From: Mustelus asterias | Lineage: Eukaryota | Assembly (NCBI RefSeq): GCF_964213995.1 | Contig: NC_135809.1 | Location: 91,946,001 to 92,010,000, forward strand | Reading direction: 5' to 3' | DNA: 64,000 bases | Shown: in pieces, positions 25,802 to 41,000 of the stretch | How positions within the stretch are numbered: the first letter of the stretch is position 1 | How the letters are laid out: every line of letters begins with the position of its first letter | Position numbers and translations under genes: made by a program | Notes under the pieces: model-generated | Told to the model about the DNA's origin: nothing | Seen by the model: the letters and a program-made list of their open reading frames with translations, nothing else | Databases searched by the model: none

Positions 25802-26054
25802 ATGTCAGATTGTGAAGATGACCCTGCAGTGTTTTCCAGCAACACCTTGCCCTCTGACCTTCGTTTTATGGCAACAGTTGCCAATGGGTACATTGGCACT
25901 AGGGTGTATGGTGACGTAATGCATATTAATGGGATATATAACGGTGAAAATGGTGACAGCTGTCGAGCAGATGTACCATCTACTGTTAATGTCAGACTGA
26001 CTGTACCTGGCGAGAGTGCTTTGAAAGAAACCTACACCTTGAACACCAGGACAG
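25802..26054 (+). CDS. PGGHG: PGGHG coding exon 1
   Basis: Acceptor at 25787, ATG at 25802, [19 protein letters not shown]...TLNTRT, donor G|GTAAAA. Confidence 0.93.
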
Positions 26055-29000
26055 GTAAAACAGATCTGCTTATTTTAAAAACATTTACAAATATTTTTTC
26101 CAGATTTTGTTCAAGCAGTGCAGATTTTCTGAGGGTAGAATTGAGACAAGCCAGAGTCTGACAATGTCAATTTTATTTGTAAATGTTTGTACTTATCAAG
26201 TGAGGGGTTTAAGTACTGCCAAGAGGGAAATTTCCCATTTTGACCCCTAATGGAGCAGTAATTTGCCTCTCCAAGATCAGTTGCAAAGTAATTAGATACA
26301 GTAAAGTTTATTGTGACAACCATGTTTTGGCTCCAAGCAAGCGAGACCTTTTCCATTTCTGCACCAGCTACTTTATAGCTTCTGTTTGAGATGGCCAATG
26401 TATGATCAGATTTATAACTTCTTTATAATCAATGAGTGGAAAATCTCGGCCTCAGTGCCAACTTGTATATCGTAGACAGATGAGCAAAGTTAGACTCGTC
26501 ATTGTGGTTAGGATAACTTCATTTCATGATGCTATTTTCCTTAACTTTTCCATAACTTATTATTTGAGATTTTTGAATCTCTGTCTTTATTTCTTCCATC
26601 CTACCGGGACCTCTGACTTTGGTTGCCCTACCTTTTCCTCCTCATGGAAACGTATCTCAATTCTACCCAAATAATCTGCTCTTTTTAAAGGAAAAGCCAT
26701 TAGGCTTTTGGTCCTGCCAATTTTTTGACATTTTTCTGGTCAGATCTGTACTCAGCCTGTTGAAATTGGCCCTCCCACCTCCAGTTTAATATTTTAGATT
26801 GCACCTGGTCCTTTTCCATGGCTAACATGGTTTATGATACCATAATTATTGGTCCCACCTCATTCCCCAGAACCGGCAATGCCTCCTTCCTCAATGGGCC
26901 AGAAAAATGCTGATCAAGAAAGTTCTTCTGAACACTTAAACTCTTTGCCCTCTCTGCTTATTGCTAATGTTGGATTATTTAAATGCCCCCCCCCCCTATC
27001 ATCACTGTACAGATTTGCATCTCTCTGTATTTTTCCTGCAAATTTGTTCCTCTATACTTTTTCCACTAGCTGGTAGTCTATGAGATACAGTCAATAGCGT
27101 ACTGATATCTTTACTGTTTCTTAGTTTAACCAAATAGATTCAGTCCTTGAGCTCTCCAGGACATTCTTTCTTACCAGCATTGTAATATTATCCTTGGTCA
27201 ATATAGCCACCAATTTTCTTCCTTTCCGTATCTTTCCTGAACACCTTGTATCCAGGAATATTTAGTATCCACTCGCCAGGTCTCTGATATCAACATTATA
27301 TCATATTCCCATGTGGCTATTTGTCCCTGCAGTTCACCAGCCTTATTACCACACTTCCTGCATTTACAAACATGCACTACAAATCTAATTTAGACTTTAT
27401 TGCATTGCTTTTTAGCCTCACCCCACCTAATATCTTCCCGTTTCTTACTCTAGTGCTATCTTCTTCTCCAGATCCTTTTGTGCACCTTGTTTATTCTTCT
27501 TAGTGCTACATCCTTGTTCCCATATCTCTTTCAAGTTAGTTTAGTGCTCTCCTCAACAGCATCGGTCCCCTTTCTGTTCAAGTGTAACCTGGCCTGACTG
27601 TATGGATCCTACTTCCCCTGAACCGGTCCTGATGTCCCACGAGTCTGAAACCCTCCCTCCTGCTTCACGTCTCCAGTCAAGCATTCATCTGCTCTATCCT
27701 TCTACTTTGATACCTACTAGCGCATGGCACAGGGATTAACCCAGAGATTGCTACCCCTAAGGTCCTGCTTGCTCATTCCTAGATCCTAAAGCTGACTGCA
27801 GGATCTTCTCCCTCTTTCTACTGATGTCACTGGCATGGACCACGGTCTCCAGCTGTTTATCCACCTCCCTCAATCCTCTGCATGTCTTGCCTTTAAAGAC
27901 CAGCTTTAGCTCTCCAGTACAGAAGGTAAATAAATGGACAAGATGCTGTTGTTCAACTGCTGCTGCGGTTTTTAAAAACAAATACATATTAACCATGTTC
28001 TGCCCATGCCTCCTAAAAACAGAATGAATAGCGATTGCTTTTACAGCACACAGGTTTCTGGCATTTAGAGTTAAAATTAAAGTTTATTTATTAGTCACAA
28101 GTAAAGCTGACATTAACACTGCAATGAAGTTACTGTGAAATTCCCCGAGTTGCCACACTCCGGTGCCTGTTCAGGTCAATGCACCTAACCAGTTGTATAT
28201 TGATTTCTGTTTTCTTTTGCCTAGGCGTGTTTTGCTGTATTATAGAGACACAGGATTTCAAAGTGACCCAGCAGATATTTGCCCATCGCACGAAGATCCA
28301 TCTCCTGGTTCTCAACATAACTTTGGAACGGTTGACCATTTCCAAGGAGCAGTTCACGTTGCAGATAAAATCATCGTTTGTTCCCCACAGCCAGAATATT
28401 GACTTTGTGAGCGGGCCAGACTTCATGGGAGCAATGTAAGGATTGGAGGATGATTCTTGTTGTTCTATGTTGCAGCCTTGGGCAGCAAATGTTTTACATA
28501 TAGTGTTCTATAGATAAAAATTTCCTCTTTTCTTCCCTCTTCCTCCAGTGGAGTTGCTGACCTCTTGTTCAGTGGACATTGTCAATCCTCCAATGTCTCA
28601 TTCAAGTGGATAGGGAATGTCAGCGAGCTGTTGGATTGTAAGGACAGTGCTGTATGCATGTTGACATAGCCTTTTCTTTAATACTTTCAACCTGAACATT
28701 CTTCCGACATAACTCATTTGGACCCTCTTATTTGGCTTATTTTTTCCCTTAATCACCGTTGCTGGTGTAATACCCTATTATGTCCCCCCAGTGATTTGTA
28801 AACTCCCAACCTCCCCTTGAACTTTAGCTATTTTACAATATTGATATCCTTATATTTTGCTCTCATTAAAAGCACGACTTTATTTTCTGCATTTTTTCTC
28901 TCTGTATGCACCAATTGAGAATCCTTGGATATTTTCACCTTAAAATATAGATGGTAGTATTTAGTCTGTCCAACTCATCTATGCAGAAAGACTGCGGCTT

Positions 29001-32000
29001 TTAACATGAATACACAACTGATGAATGATTCTCCCTCTGTCTTATCTGGAACTCCACTTCGCATGTTGAATTGATGATTGGGACTAGATACTAGAATTAG
29101 ATTACCAACAGTCACAGCCACTAATTTGATCATTCCTGTCAAATTCCCCAACAGATGATTTTTATATTTTTAATAAATGTTATTTGCTAGCCTCCAATTT
29201 TTTTCTGTTTGGCTTCAGAAGATGCTGACCCTTCCTGAAGAATACTGAATCAAATGGCTATTCTTCATATGTGCAGCGAATATTGGCAAGCTAGTCGACT
29301 CTGGTAGCCATCGCAACTAAATCTAGTCCAGTTTTCACCCCATGTCCGCACGTACTTTCTAGAACGACTCATTGTCTGATTATTATTTCTCCCTGTATGA
29401 CTCAGGTACATTGGTGCCCCACTCTGTTAATTGTTGGTTTGATTATAAGGGCAGCTATACTATAGGTATAGTTGCTATCTCATCGATGTGGGCAGCACTA
29501 TCTATCTTCCAAGCATACTTCTACTGAGGATCTTTCCCCTAAAATAGTGATCCTCAAACATTACACTTTGCATATGCCCTTCCAGATCTACCAGATCCCT
29601 GCATATTCCTAATAATGTACAAGTTTAATATTTAAATCTCCTTAGTGTCCAAGCATAGTACAAAATGTACAAATTATAATACACATGCCTTAAACTCACT
29701 ATTGATATGTTAGATGAGGTTGTTGTTTGAGTAGAGGGGTGTAGTGTTCGGAGATGGTTGGGGTTGTAAATTGGACATGAATTATTATGCCAAATGTTTG
29801 TGCAATTCACAATTGGGTGAACAAAACTTTTCTTGATGCTCTGCACCTACCTCCAACACTTCTTGACCCCAGATTATCCCCCTTCTTTAACGTCTTCCAG
29901 TCGCAGCTTTCTAAATTGTTACCAATGGTCTGATGATGGGAATGTGTTCCCTCTATCTGTTATGCATCATGTTATGCTGTAAGCACAGTTAAAGATGGAA
30001 GCTATAATGATGTTCCCTTATAATTAAGGAAACTCTCAGCCCAGAAAGTGTCAATACCAAAATCCTGATCATTTATATAACCAAAGCAATGATCCCAATA
30101 CTGAGTCTTGAGGGACTCCAAAGCAGCCTTCTCACCAAACACAAAATCATCCATTCTCTTTATCCTTAATCACATTAGCACCATCCCTTTAATCCCAAGT
30201 ACTTCTATTTCCCGAATAAGTGTGTAATGGAATATTTGGTCAAAAGCATTTTGAAAATCTACATACGCAACGTACATACACCACTTTCAACAACTCTTTT
30301 TCTTACTTCAAAGGACTTTAATAAATCGGCTTCATATTTGCCTTTGCATCTCCAGGTGGCTGGAGATTTCAGTCTCTGCAGATTGAAACAAAAGGCTGAA
30401 TTTTTCCAACTTTGGGACCAGCTGTGCATCCTGAGTCTACCTGTGTTGTCAGTGTGCCTGGCTGCCCGATTCAACTTTGTGAGGTGGAAACCTAATTGGC
30501 CACCTTCACTTAGGCCATTCAGTTCAGGATGATAGGTGGATTCCTGAGGTAGGAAGCCCAATCAGAGAACCTGCAGCTTTGGCAGCCTGACCTGGAGATG
30601 TTTGCTGAGGAAGAAAGAGTGAGGGTACCTCAAATAGAGGCCTCTGAAAATTAAAGATGGCCCACTGTTGTCAGAACCATCAGTATGGAGGGGAAACCTG
30701 CCCACAGGAATGGATTTGGTCTCGACTTTTCATGCTCGTGGCTCATTCACTGAGTCAGTGTGATGAGCCTCTAGGTTGTGGCCAGGAGGCTGCTTCCATG
30801 TAGCATTTGGACACAGCAAAGTGCCAGCCAATGCTGGGAAAATGCTGGTGGGTTCTGAAAATGGCCCTTAACTGGCTGCCCATTTCCACAGAGCAAGTTG
30901 CTGATTCCCTTGACTGCATGCTCCCTAGGTTTATTGATTTGACTTATTATTGTCACATGTAATGGGATACAGTGAGAAGTATTGTTTCTTACGCTATACC
31001 TACAATACATACCATTCATAGAGAAGGAAAGGAGAGAGTGCAGAATGTAGTGTTACAGTCATAGCTAGGGTGTAGAGAAAGATCAACTTAATGCGAGGTA
31101 GGTCCATTCAAACATCTGATGGCAGCAGGGAAAAAGCTACACTTGAGTCAGGTCGTACGTGACCTCAGACCTTTGTATTCTTTTCCTGATGGAAGAAGGT
31201 GGCAGGGAGTATGTCCGGGGTGCATGGGGTCCTTGATTTATGCTGGCTGCTTTTCCGAGGCAGCGGGAAGTGTAGACAGAGTCAATGGATGGGAGGCTGG
31301 TTTGAGTGATGGAATGGACAGGATCAGGGAGCCGTCCTAAAGTGCAACTATCTGAATATCCCCACCTCGTAAACCATCTGTGCCTTCATGGTGAAATTCA
31401 GCCCGTCCTGTGTGAATCCTTGTGATGCTATTTATACGAGCTAAGTTTTAAACAACATGTTTTAAGCAAGATCAACACCACCAATTTCCAACTGTACAAC
31501 ATTGCCAACCGTCTGCCTCAGTTCATTTTTTTGTCACCTCTAGTCTTGATTTTTCCTCTGCCCTCCCATCCTCAGTAGAAGTATCGTTGGAAGATGGATG
31601 GTGCCACTTGCATCGATGAGATAAGCAACTATACCTATCATCCATTCTTTGTCACCTCTAGTTTTAATTCTTCTTATGCCCTCCCCTTCTAGCAACTCCC
31701 ACATCCAAAACACAACAACCTGTATCTTGTTCTGCACTAAGTTCCAATTGCCTGTCATTGGCCTGTACACACATACACAAAATATAAAATTGAAAAATTA
31801 GGAAAAGAAATGTAAATGTTTGCGTTAGATCTTTAATCCACTATTAGACTATTTCTCCTGTACACCACCCCAGAGATGTCTCTCATAGCCCCAGGAATTC
31901 TCATGTCACAATTTGGGAACCGCTGCCCTAAAATAGACATTTAAGCTTTTTTTCCTGTCTGTTCTCATGAGTTCTCCCCTCGACTGTCATTGCCTGAGAT

Positions 32001-35000
32001 GAGTTAAGATCTTTATTTGGACTCTTCCCAAAAAAGCCTTCCTTTCTTTGTATTCAGGTACATCTATGGACAGACGCTTACCCCAGAGGTCAAAGGTGCT
32101 GCAAGGCAAAGTGTCCACATGATCTCAATGCCACTTTCAGAGTCTCTGACTTTGTTGCCTGAGGAGCAGAGAAATTCTTGGGTATTCCTCACTGCAGTGG
32201 CTGATACAGAAGAGCAAGTGAAGGAATGTTTTGTGGAAGGACAGACCCTGATCCGATTAAACCAGCTGTTTTCTTCACATGTGGCAGCGTGGGCTGCACT
32301 GTGGGAGCAGAGCTGCATCAAAGTGACAGGTTGCAGAAGGCTAAATCAGGCTTTGTATGGCTGTCTGTATTATCTGCTCAGTGCTCTCCCTCCTCTGGAA
32401 CCCACAGACTTCCAGTATATCGGACTAAGTCCTGGAGGTCTCTCCAATGGGGGTAACGGTGAAGATTACTATGGCCACATCTTTTGGGATCAGGTAGGAG
32501 ACAATATTCATGAAGAGTCAGATCACGCGGCTGGATTTTGTGCATTGTAGGAATTTTGGTATAACTTCCCTGGATAAGAATCCCAATGGCTGAGTGGTAT
32601 CTGATCCCACTTAACTTTCAATGGTCAGGATAACTTGCACATTACTATTTCTGTTGAGGAGCATTACCAGTGGAGGAGACACAAACTGCCTGTGGCTGTC
32701 CTCGCACTTGCAGAATATAGTGGGACTGGGGCTTCAGGGCTGAAAACAAATATTTTAAATATGTCTAAATCTGTTTTAACGTGGCTCTTTACTTTTTAAA
32801 AGTTCCTGCATGGCAACATAGTAATCAATAACCTGGTATTTCTCAAATGTAAATGACAGAGGATATGTTATATAATGCTATTCCTTTTATTTTTCAGTGA
32901 GGTTAGTTCTGTGGTGATATTGTTGCCTGAGCCACACCTCCCTCCTACATTACTTGCGTGCAGCCTGGATTGTTTGGTGACCCTCGGACTCTGGTACCTG
33001 TCCTCCCAGCTGCCTCCCCAGTGGTGCTGTTGAGCACAAGAGTTTCCAGCCTCAGTTTGGCTAGAAGCTCGGAGTAGGTGAGACTTCTTCCCTGGGGAAG
33101 GCCCACCGCTGGCCTCACCACTGCCCAGTTGGCTTGTGGTACGATGGCCCTCCCCAAAAGAGAGATAGCGTAGGTCTCTCACTGATTCTCCAGCTGGTAG
33201 CCAAGCTCTGACACCTCAGCAATGTTTCATAGAATCCCTACAATACAGAAGGAGGCCAGTTGGCCCATCGAGTCTGCACCAACTACAATCCCACCCAGGT
33301 TCTATTCCCATAACCCCACATATTTACCCTGATAACCTCTCTGACACCAAGGTCAATTTCACATGGCCAACCCGCACATCTTTGGACTGGGAGGAAACCG
33401 GAGCACCTGGAAGAAACCCATGCAGACACAGGGAGAATGTGCAGACTCCACACAGACAGTGACCTGAGGCTGGAATTGAACCTGGGTCCCTGGTGCTGTG
33501 AGGCAGCAGTGCTAACCACTGTGCTACCATGCCGCCCGTGGATTCCCAATTAGTCATATACCCAGTGGATAATGTATTGGAAAACATTAATACATTAACA
33601 TTAAGCACGGTAGCACAGTGGTTGGCACTGCTGCTTCACAGCTCCAGGGACTTGGGTTCGATTCCCGGCTTGGGTCACTGTCTGTGGGGAGTTTGCACAT
33701 TCTCCTCATGTCTGCGTGGGTTTCCTCCGGGTGCTCCGGTTTCCTCCCACAGTCCAAAGATGTGCGGGTTAGGTTGATTGGCCATGCTAAAATTGCCCTT
33801 AGTGTCCTGAGATGCGTAGGTAGAGGGATTAGTGGGTAAATATGTAGGGATATGGGGGTAGGGCCTGGGTGGGATTGTGGTCGGTGCAGACTCGATGGGC
33901 CGAATGGCCTCTTTCTGTGCTGTGGGGTTTCTATGAATATCATTTATTTTTAAATCCTTTTTTGGTGGAGCAAAGGAAAAATCACATCCATAAAAACACA
34001 ACGTTCCTCGTTCCTACTTTGTACTTGGGATGAGATCAGCTAATGTGGGCATGGATTGGAGATCAAACCTCCTCTCATCTCGTACATTAAACCACTAAGA
34101 TCAAAGAGCCCAGCTGTTACAGTTACAAATTTTAAAAACATCTGTCACAATCTCTGATCGATGGCAGGATGATATTATCATCAAATTCCTCTCGGTCATT
34201 TAATTTAATAGCCCTGTGAGCCAGTTATTAGTTGCCAGAACCCCTTTAGAATATTTCATATTGCTTGTTTCAGGAAACCTGGATGTACCCAAATGTGCTT
34301 GTATTCTACCCAGAGCTGGCACGCACCCTCCTGAAGAACCGTATTCGAACACTTCCTGCTGCCAAGCACATTGCGGGACAGCAAGGATATATGGTAAGTG
34401 TAGTAATTCAGCCAGACTCCAGTTTCCCGTCACCAAAGGCCCCTTATTGCGTACCAAAGAGAAGGATTGCACCTGTGGCTTACAGTGAGACAGTCTACAC
34501 TTCAGGATCTACAACACCGCTGTCCGCTTCTCATTGGGCGAGCCTCCACTAGCTCAATCAGGAAGCTCGTATTCCACAAAGCCCACGGGGAGATCTACTG
34601 ATGCCCTTTGTGGCCATTATAAAAGTAAGCAAGTGGTAACAGGACAGTTAAGTTCCTTTTCACATTGCAGACTCCCTATCCTACACCTGCCTATACTTGT
34701 CACAGGTATTTGCCCCCCCCTAATCTTTTCTCCTCATCATAGAATCATCATAGAAACCCTACAGTGCAGAAGGAGGCCATTCAGCCCATTGAGTCTGCAC
34801 CGACCACCGACCGTTGTGTTTTACTCCTCTCCTTCAATATACTGTCTCTGGTAGTGAAATGGTTTTACAAGCGTCTGACACACTCCCATTCTTAAAAGAG
34901 CAAAATGATTCTTTAACAGCTGAGATTTGTGCAGATGTGTTGCCTTTCATTAATTTCAGAGGAAATTAATTAATTTCCACACTGGGGTGATCCAGAGCAT

Positions 35001-38000
35001 CTGACCATAAACCTAGGAAAGTCTCATTTGATGAATCTCTGCCCATATAACTGATTTATTTTTCCATATTTCAGAGAAGAATTGTATAGACAGCACTGAA
35101 TGACTGCTATGGTTAAGTTTAATTAAGTGAATGTCGGATTATTTGTCTGTGGTAGGGATTGCGGTGTAGGAGACATTCTAACTGAACCTAATACTTCACT
35201 TCTCTCCAACCTCTCCACCAACTGCTGGCTCTATCCAGCCCTGCCCTCCTCCACCCTCCTTACCACAACAGTATACATCTTATCCTATTTTCTATTGCCT
35301 TCAGCACTGATGAAGGGTCATCCAAGCTCAACATTAGCTCTGTTCCCTCTCCACAGATGCTCTCAGAACTGTTGAGATTTTCCAGCATTTTCTGGTTTTG
35401 TTGTCAATGGTTGTTGGACTTCATATACCTGTACTATGTTGCAGAGGTGAACAGAGTACAGTTCCTTCCTCTGCCTCACAATAATAATTTCCTATTAGGT
35501 CAGTGTGACATTTATTACACAGCCTGATTTTGCTAGATGGGTAGATAATAGATTGTACACACAAGTCAGGGCAGTAACTCTGGGAGTAGACCGCAGCAAG
35601 TTTTGAGGAGGCCTCCAAATTGCCCAAGTTGTGTGACATGGATGGGCAAAATGGTTAAAATGGTTAAACCATGTGAAAGAATGAATAAAAACAAATACTG
35701 ATATCAGCTGAGTCCTGTTGTGAACATACTTTGCTCAGCAGATTCCTTTGTTCATTTGTAATATTGAATAAGTGAAAATAGCTTCTTATACCAGTTACAA
35801 TTCTCAGCACCACCTGTTCTATGTTGTGATCAATTTATGAACATTATTACTGAGCCAGATGAGAAATTCAGTCCCGGATGGCAGTCATTGCTCCCTTTAG
35901 CCTGTTATGTACTCTAAATGTGCAGGAGCTGATACTAAAATACACGTGAACCATACAATAGCAAACAGGAGTGAATTGTTCCCTTCTAACTGGTGTATAC
36001 ACTACATACATATTTTGGGACTCAAGATCTAAAACTTCATTCTAAATATCTTCTTTGGTTACCAAAATACTAAATGCTCAGAATGACCACTCCTATTAAT
36101 CTCAGCACAGTTCATTGCAGCTAGTAATGTTAAATCTGTTTTACTTAAATGAGTACAGTGAATGAAGTTTAATATCTCTTGTTTTGTAAGGGTGCCAAAT
36201 ACCCGTGGGAGAGTGCTGCAACTGGATTTGAGGTCTGTAATGAAGATATTTATGGGCTGAAAGAAATTCACATCAATGGTGACATCTCATTTGCATTTCA
36301 GCAGTATTTTTACTTCACCCAGGTGGGTATTGTACTTTGTGCTTCCGCATGCCACCTCGTTGGAGACTGTTACTAATGTTGTTGCTCTGGTTTGGAATTG
36401 GGTTTCCTTCTAATCTTTGGCAGTTTTCTATTCTTAAAGTTTCAAATTTTTGAGCAAGAAGAGAACACATTTGTGGCCCTGAAGAGAGAATTTAGGGCTG
36501 TGGACATGGTGAATTTGAGGCCTGCAGGATGGAAGGAGTCTGACTGGGTGCAAATTGGAGATACCAGGGAATAAGAGTTTAGGATTAGTGAAATGACTAA
36601 ATTTGAGCACAGATAAATTGTGAATTTGGGAGAATTGGAAGAAGTGAGTTTGGAAGTTTTGCAGACATGTTACATGCTGTTTCTGTAATCTCTGATCTCA
36701 AACCTATCAATTTATTTTTGTGTGGTATTTAATCAGTGTCACTATGGTGATTGCTGCTGTGAACTTTCCTGTTGTTTCTCATGAACTGTAATCTTGCATT
36801 GGTTGTCCCCTCCTACCCTATACCCTCACTTTTGAGATCAAGACGGATCAAATAGCCATTGTTTCCCATGATCTGAAAACTCTGGAAGTCATTACTTCCC
36901 TTCATCCTGCTATCTGAAGGATATTAAAACCTAAATTCTGAGGTATCTGATCACAATTACCTCATTTCAACTTGTTAAACTTTGGCAGTTTTCTCTCCTC
37001 AAATCTTCAAATTTTCGAGCTCTTTTATACTTGGGCAAAATGAAAACTCATTTGTGGCTCTGAAGAGAGAGTTTAGGACGTGGTGAATTTGAGGCCTGCA
37101 GGATGGAAGGAGCCTGACTGTGTGCAAATTGGAAATCAACAACACCAGGTTAAAGTCCAACAGGTTTATTTGGTAGCACACGCCACTAGTTTTCGGAGCG
37201 CTACTCCTTCGTCAGGTGAGTGGGAGATCTGCTAGCAAACAGGGCATATAAAGACACAAACTCAATTTACAGAATAATGATTGGAACGTGAGTCTTTACA
37301 GCTAATCAAGTCTTAAAGGTACAGACAATGTGAGTGGAGAGAGCATTAAGCACAGGTTAAAGAGATGAAGAGTTTAGGATTTGTGGAATGACTTGGGTTT
37401 TGAGCACAGGCAAGTTGTGAATTTGGGAGAATAGGAGGAAGTGAGGTTGGGAGTTTTTAAACCATGATTTTGTAGGGAAGTTTAATTCATTACCTGGCTT
37501 GTCTTTCTGTAAATAGTATAAATCTGCTGGAGACTTGTGTGCTTGAAATTTGAAAACACGATGCAATATCTGTGAAGTAGGTAATATTAAAAATGAGCAT
37601 TTTCCCCTCGAGCTCATTTCATCCAGAGCTCATGTTTATTCCATCGTGGTCACCCTCCCATGTACCACCTACCTGATCCTTTACATTAGGAACATAAAAT
37701 TTATTCTGCCATTTCCCCTGAACAAATTCAAGCAAGGCTGTAATTGTCTATTTTCTCAAGCTGGAACATTTGAGCCATTAAGTTAAATGTCTATCCTCAA
37801 TTATTTTCTGGGTGTTTGTTTTAATCTCACAATTTACTTTTGGTTTTAGGACCTGGAGTTTTTCCAGAAGGATGGAGGTTGGGATGTGGTTAGCAGTATA
37901 GCTGAGTTTTGGAGCAGCCGAGTCACTTGGAACCCTTTGGAGGAGTGCTACGAAATCAAAGGTAGTGGATGTGAATTCAAGCAGAACCATGCAGAGCATT

Positions 38001-41000
38001 CTTTTTGTGCTGACTGGTGAACTCACCATCTGTGCAGTTGTATTGAGAAGTTTGTAAAATGTTCTGTCAATCTCCACATCAATCTCAGTAGAGTCATAGA
38101 GATATATGGCACAGAACAGGCCCTTCAACCCAACTCATCCATGACGACCAGGTTTCCTAAATTGAACTAGTCCCATTTGCTTGCACTTGGTCCATGTCCC
38201 TCTAAACTTTTGCCATACATGTACCTGTCCAAATGTATTTTAAATGTTGTAATTGAACCTGGTTGTACCACATCCTTTGGCAAATCATTCCATGTACGCA
38301 CCACCCTCTGTGTGGGAAAAGTTGTCCCACAGGTCCATTTTAAATCTTTCCCCACTTACCTTAAACCTATACCCCCTAGTTTTGGACTTCCCTACCCTGG
38401 GGAAAAGGCTGGCTATTCACCTTATCTATGCCCCTCATGATTTTATCAACCTCTAAGTTCACCCCTCATCCTCCTACGCTCCAGGGGAAAAAGTCCCAGC
38501 TTATCCAACCTCTTCTTATAATTCAAACCTCAATAGAATTGTCTGTGATTGATTAGATAACCTGGGGGCGGGTGGAAGAAAAACACACATATTTCGCCCC
38601 ATATTCATTAGTCAGCTGCATCAATACTAAAGACGCTGAACATTGTCACAAATCTTTAATTTATTCCATATGCTACAAATTGTATCAGGAAATTAAGTAA
38701 TGAGTCAAGTGTGTGTATATTGAAAAATATGGGCAATTATTCAAAAATAAGGATAATTGGATAGTCTGCAATATGTTAACCTTTACCAATAGTGTAGGAG
38801 TTCTCAGGAATGAAGCTCCCACAGAATATTTGGGGCAAACACAAATTGCAAAATGTTTATTAAAAGCAGAAAAGTTATAGGTTAGCCAAAAGCTATTAAA
38901 GGAGAACAATGCTGTGATAACTTTAGAATTGTTAATATTGTAATTCTGCTGTTAACATTAAGTAACATTGCACTACATATTCACACTGCCTCAGAACCTC
39001 AATCGTTATGGCTCATTCCTTTTGCATGTTAACGGTTGGATAGTCACATGAGCAGCCTGGGAATGGAGGGATACAAACGATTGGTCTAGTTGGACCAAGG
39101 AGCGGCACAGGCTTGGAGGGCCAAAGGGCCTGTTTCCTGTGCTGTACTGTTCTTTGTTCTTTGATTGTTGCATCCTGACATTTTCCATGCTCCTGAAGAC
39201 AATAGAAATCCTGTTTGTTTTTTTTTCCCCCCAATGCTAAAGAACAACTTCATGTTGTTCTCAAGTCCAACCAACACTGATCACTTTTGATGTCTCCACT
39301 ATCTATTCATCTATTGCCACTGTTCATCTAAATCAGGTTTGTCCAAGGCCCAGCGGGCCAACAAGGCATTTTTGTGCACTCCAAGTCAGTGTAGCATAGT
39401 CAACTCAAAAACCTCCCTGACACAACTTTAAAAAATGCTCAGAGTCTGCTCATCCAATCACAGCTGATTTCTCCAAGCCTATCAGCAGCCAAAGTCGGGT
39501 AAAACCAGTCTGTGATTGGATGAGTGGCATGTTATTAGTTGTCACTTGAGTTTTTAATATCTCAGTTTCTGGCTGGGGACCTCAGAATGGCCAGGTTAGA
39601 TCAATGGAGAATGGGTGGGTCAGAGTGGGCGGGCAGCCAGGCTGGGGGTTGAGCAAGCTGGAGAACAGGGGGAGGGGTGGGCTAGGACTTGGACATGGCT
39701 CCGGTCTCGGACCCAGACTAAACTTTGGTGGGCTCGTGGAGGGCAAAGTTCGGATGAACCCAGGGAGGGACTGGAAGGGCACGATGTCATGGGTATGTGG
39801 GAGTAAGTATGAATGACTGATTATGTGGAGGAGATGGTGATGTTGCAGAAGTGTGTGCGAGAGACTGGGTGAGTATCCGGGGCATGTGTGCGAGTGACCA
39901 GGTGAGCGTGTATCTCGGACCTCTCACTCATTCTCACCACCACATATCAACACATACATGCACTGACTCTCTCTCACTCTGGTCATTTTTATTACTTACT
40001 ATTCTTTAACTTAATTTATTGCTGTACTTTTGCTCAGCAATTGTTTCTTTCCTTAACCTCAACATTTTTTTGAAATTCAGGTTATTGTGCAAAATCTTAT
40101 TTTTCTGAAATTTGCTCATTGGCTCCTTGAGTGCGAAAAATATGCAAATGCAGCCCCTGAATCAAAAGGTTGGACGGGCCTGCTCTAAGCAAATGTTTTT
40201 CTCTTTTTCAAAACCTGCGTTACTGTTAACTACACCCACTTCCTCTTGTTTCTTCCTCCTCGCATTGAATTAAATTTGTCTAAAATCAACATGCCACAAA
40301 TACTTTGGGACTTCCTGTAACTGTGATTCGACAGTGTATCAATGCAAGCTCTCACTGCAACTTATCAGTGTCCTACTCTAACTCATTGTTTCCCATGAAT
40401 TGAAAGTTGTGGAATGACTTGCTTCCTTTAATCTTCCCTTCCTATTACTATCTACGGACTTTACAAGCTCAGTTCATCTCACTGTTTCTGATGTATCTAC
40501 TGTTCTCTGCAGCTATTTTCAACTTTGGTTGGGTCTTACACTGTAGACTGTGAACTTTGCTTGTGTTTCTCAAAATTAAAAATTGTATTATTATATTTCT
40601 GTCCTTATTTTCTCTCTCTCTCTTCCAACCTCTGAATGTGTTTCACATATAAATTGACTCGGGCAATTATTCAGCTGGAACTATTCTGCTGCACTTATTC
40701 TGGGGACAAACACAGTATGTTAATAAAACAGGGCATCAACACAGGAGATGGAACTGTTTCACATTTAAGTCATCTGCAGTCAGTGTCAAGCATTCCATGT
40801 TAGATGCAGAAAAGGATCATCTTTATTCTTCCCTGGTAACACCTTCATGGACAGAAAGTGGGATCATAGAATCATAGAAACCCTACAGTGCAGAAGGAGG
40901 CCATTCGGCCCATCGAGCCTGCACCGACCACAATCCCACCCAGGCCCTACCCCCACATATTTACCCGCTAACCCCTCTAACCTACGCATCTTAGGATTCG

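Noticed and set aside
33605-33675. tRNA gene (A and B boxes)
   Set aside because: Runs straight into the SINE V-domain and tail; no complete cloverleaf seen.
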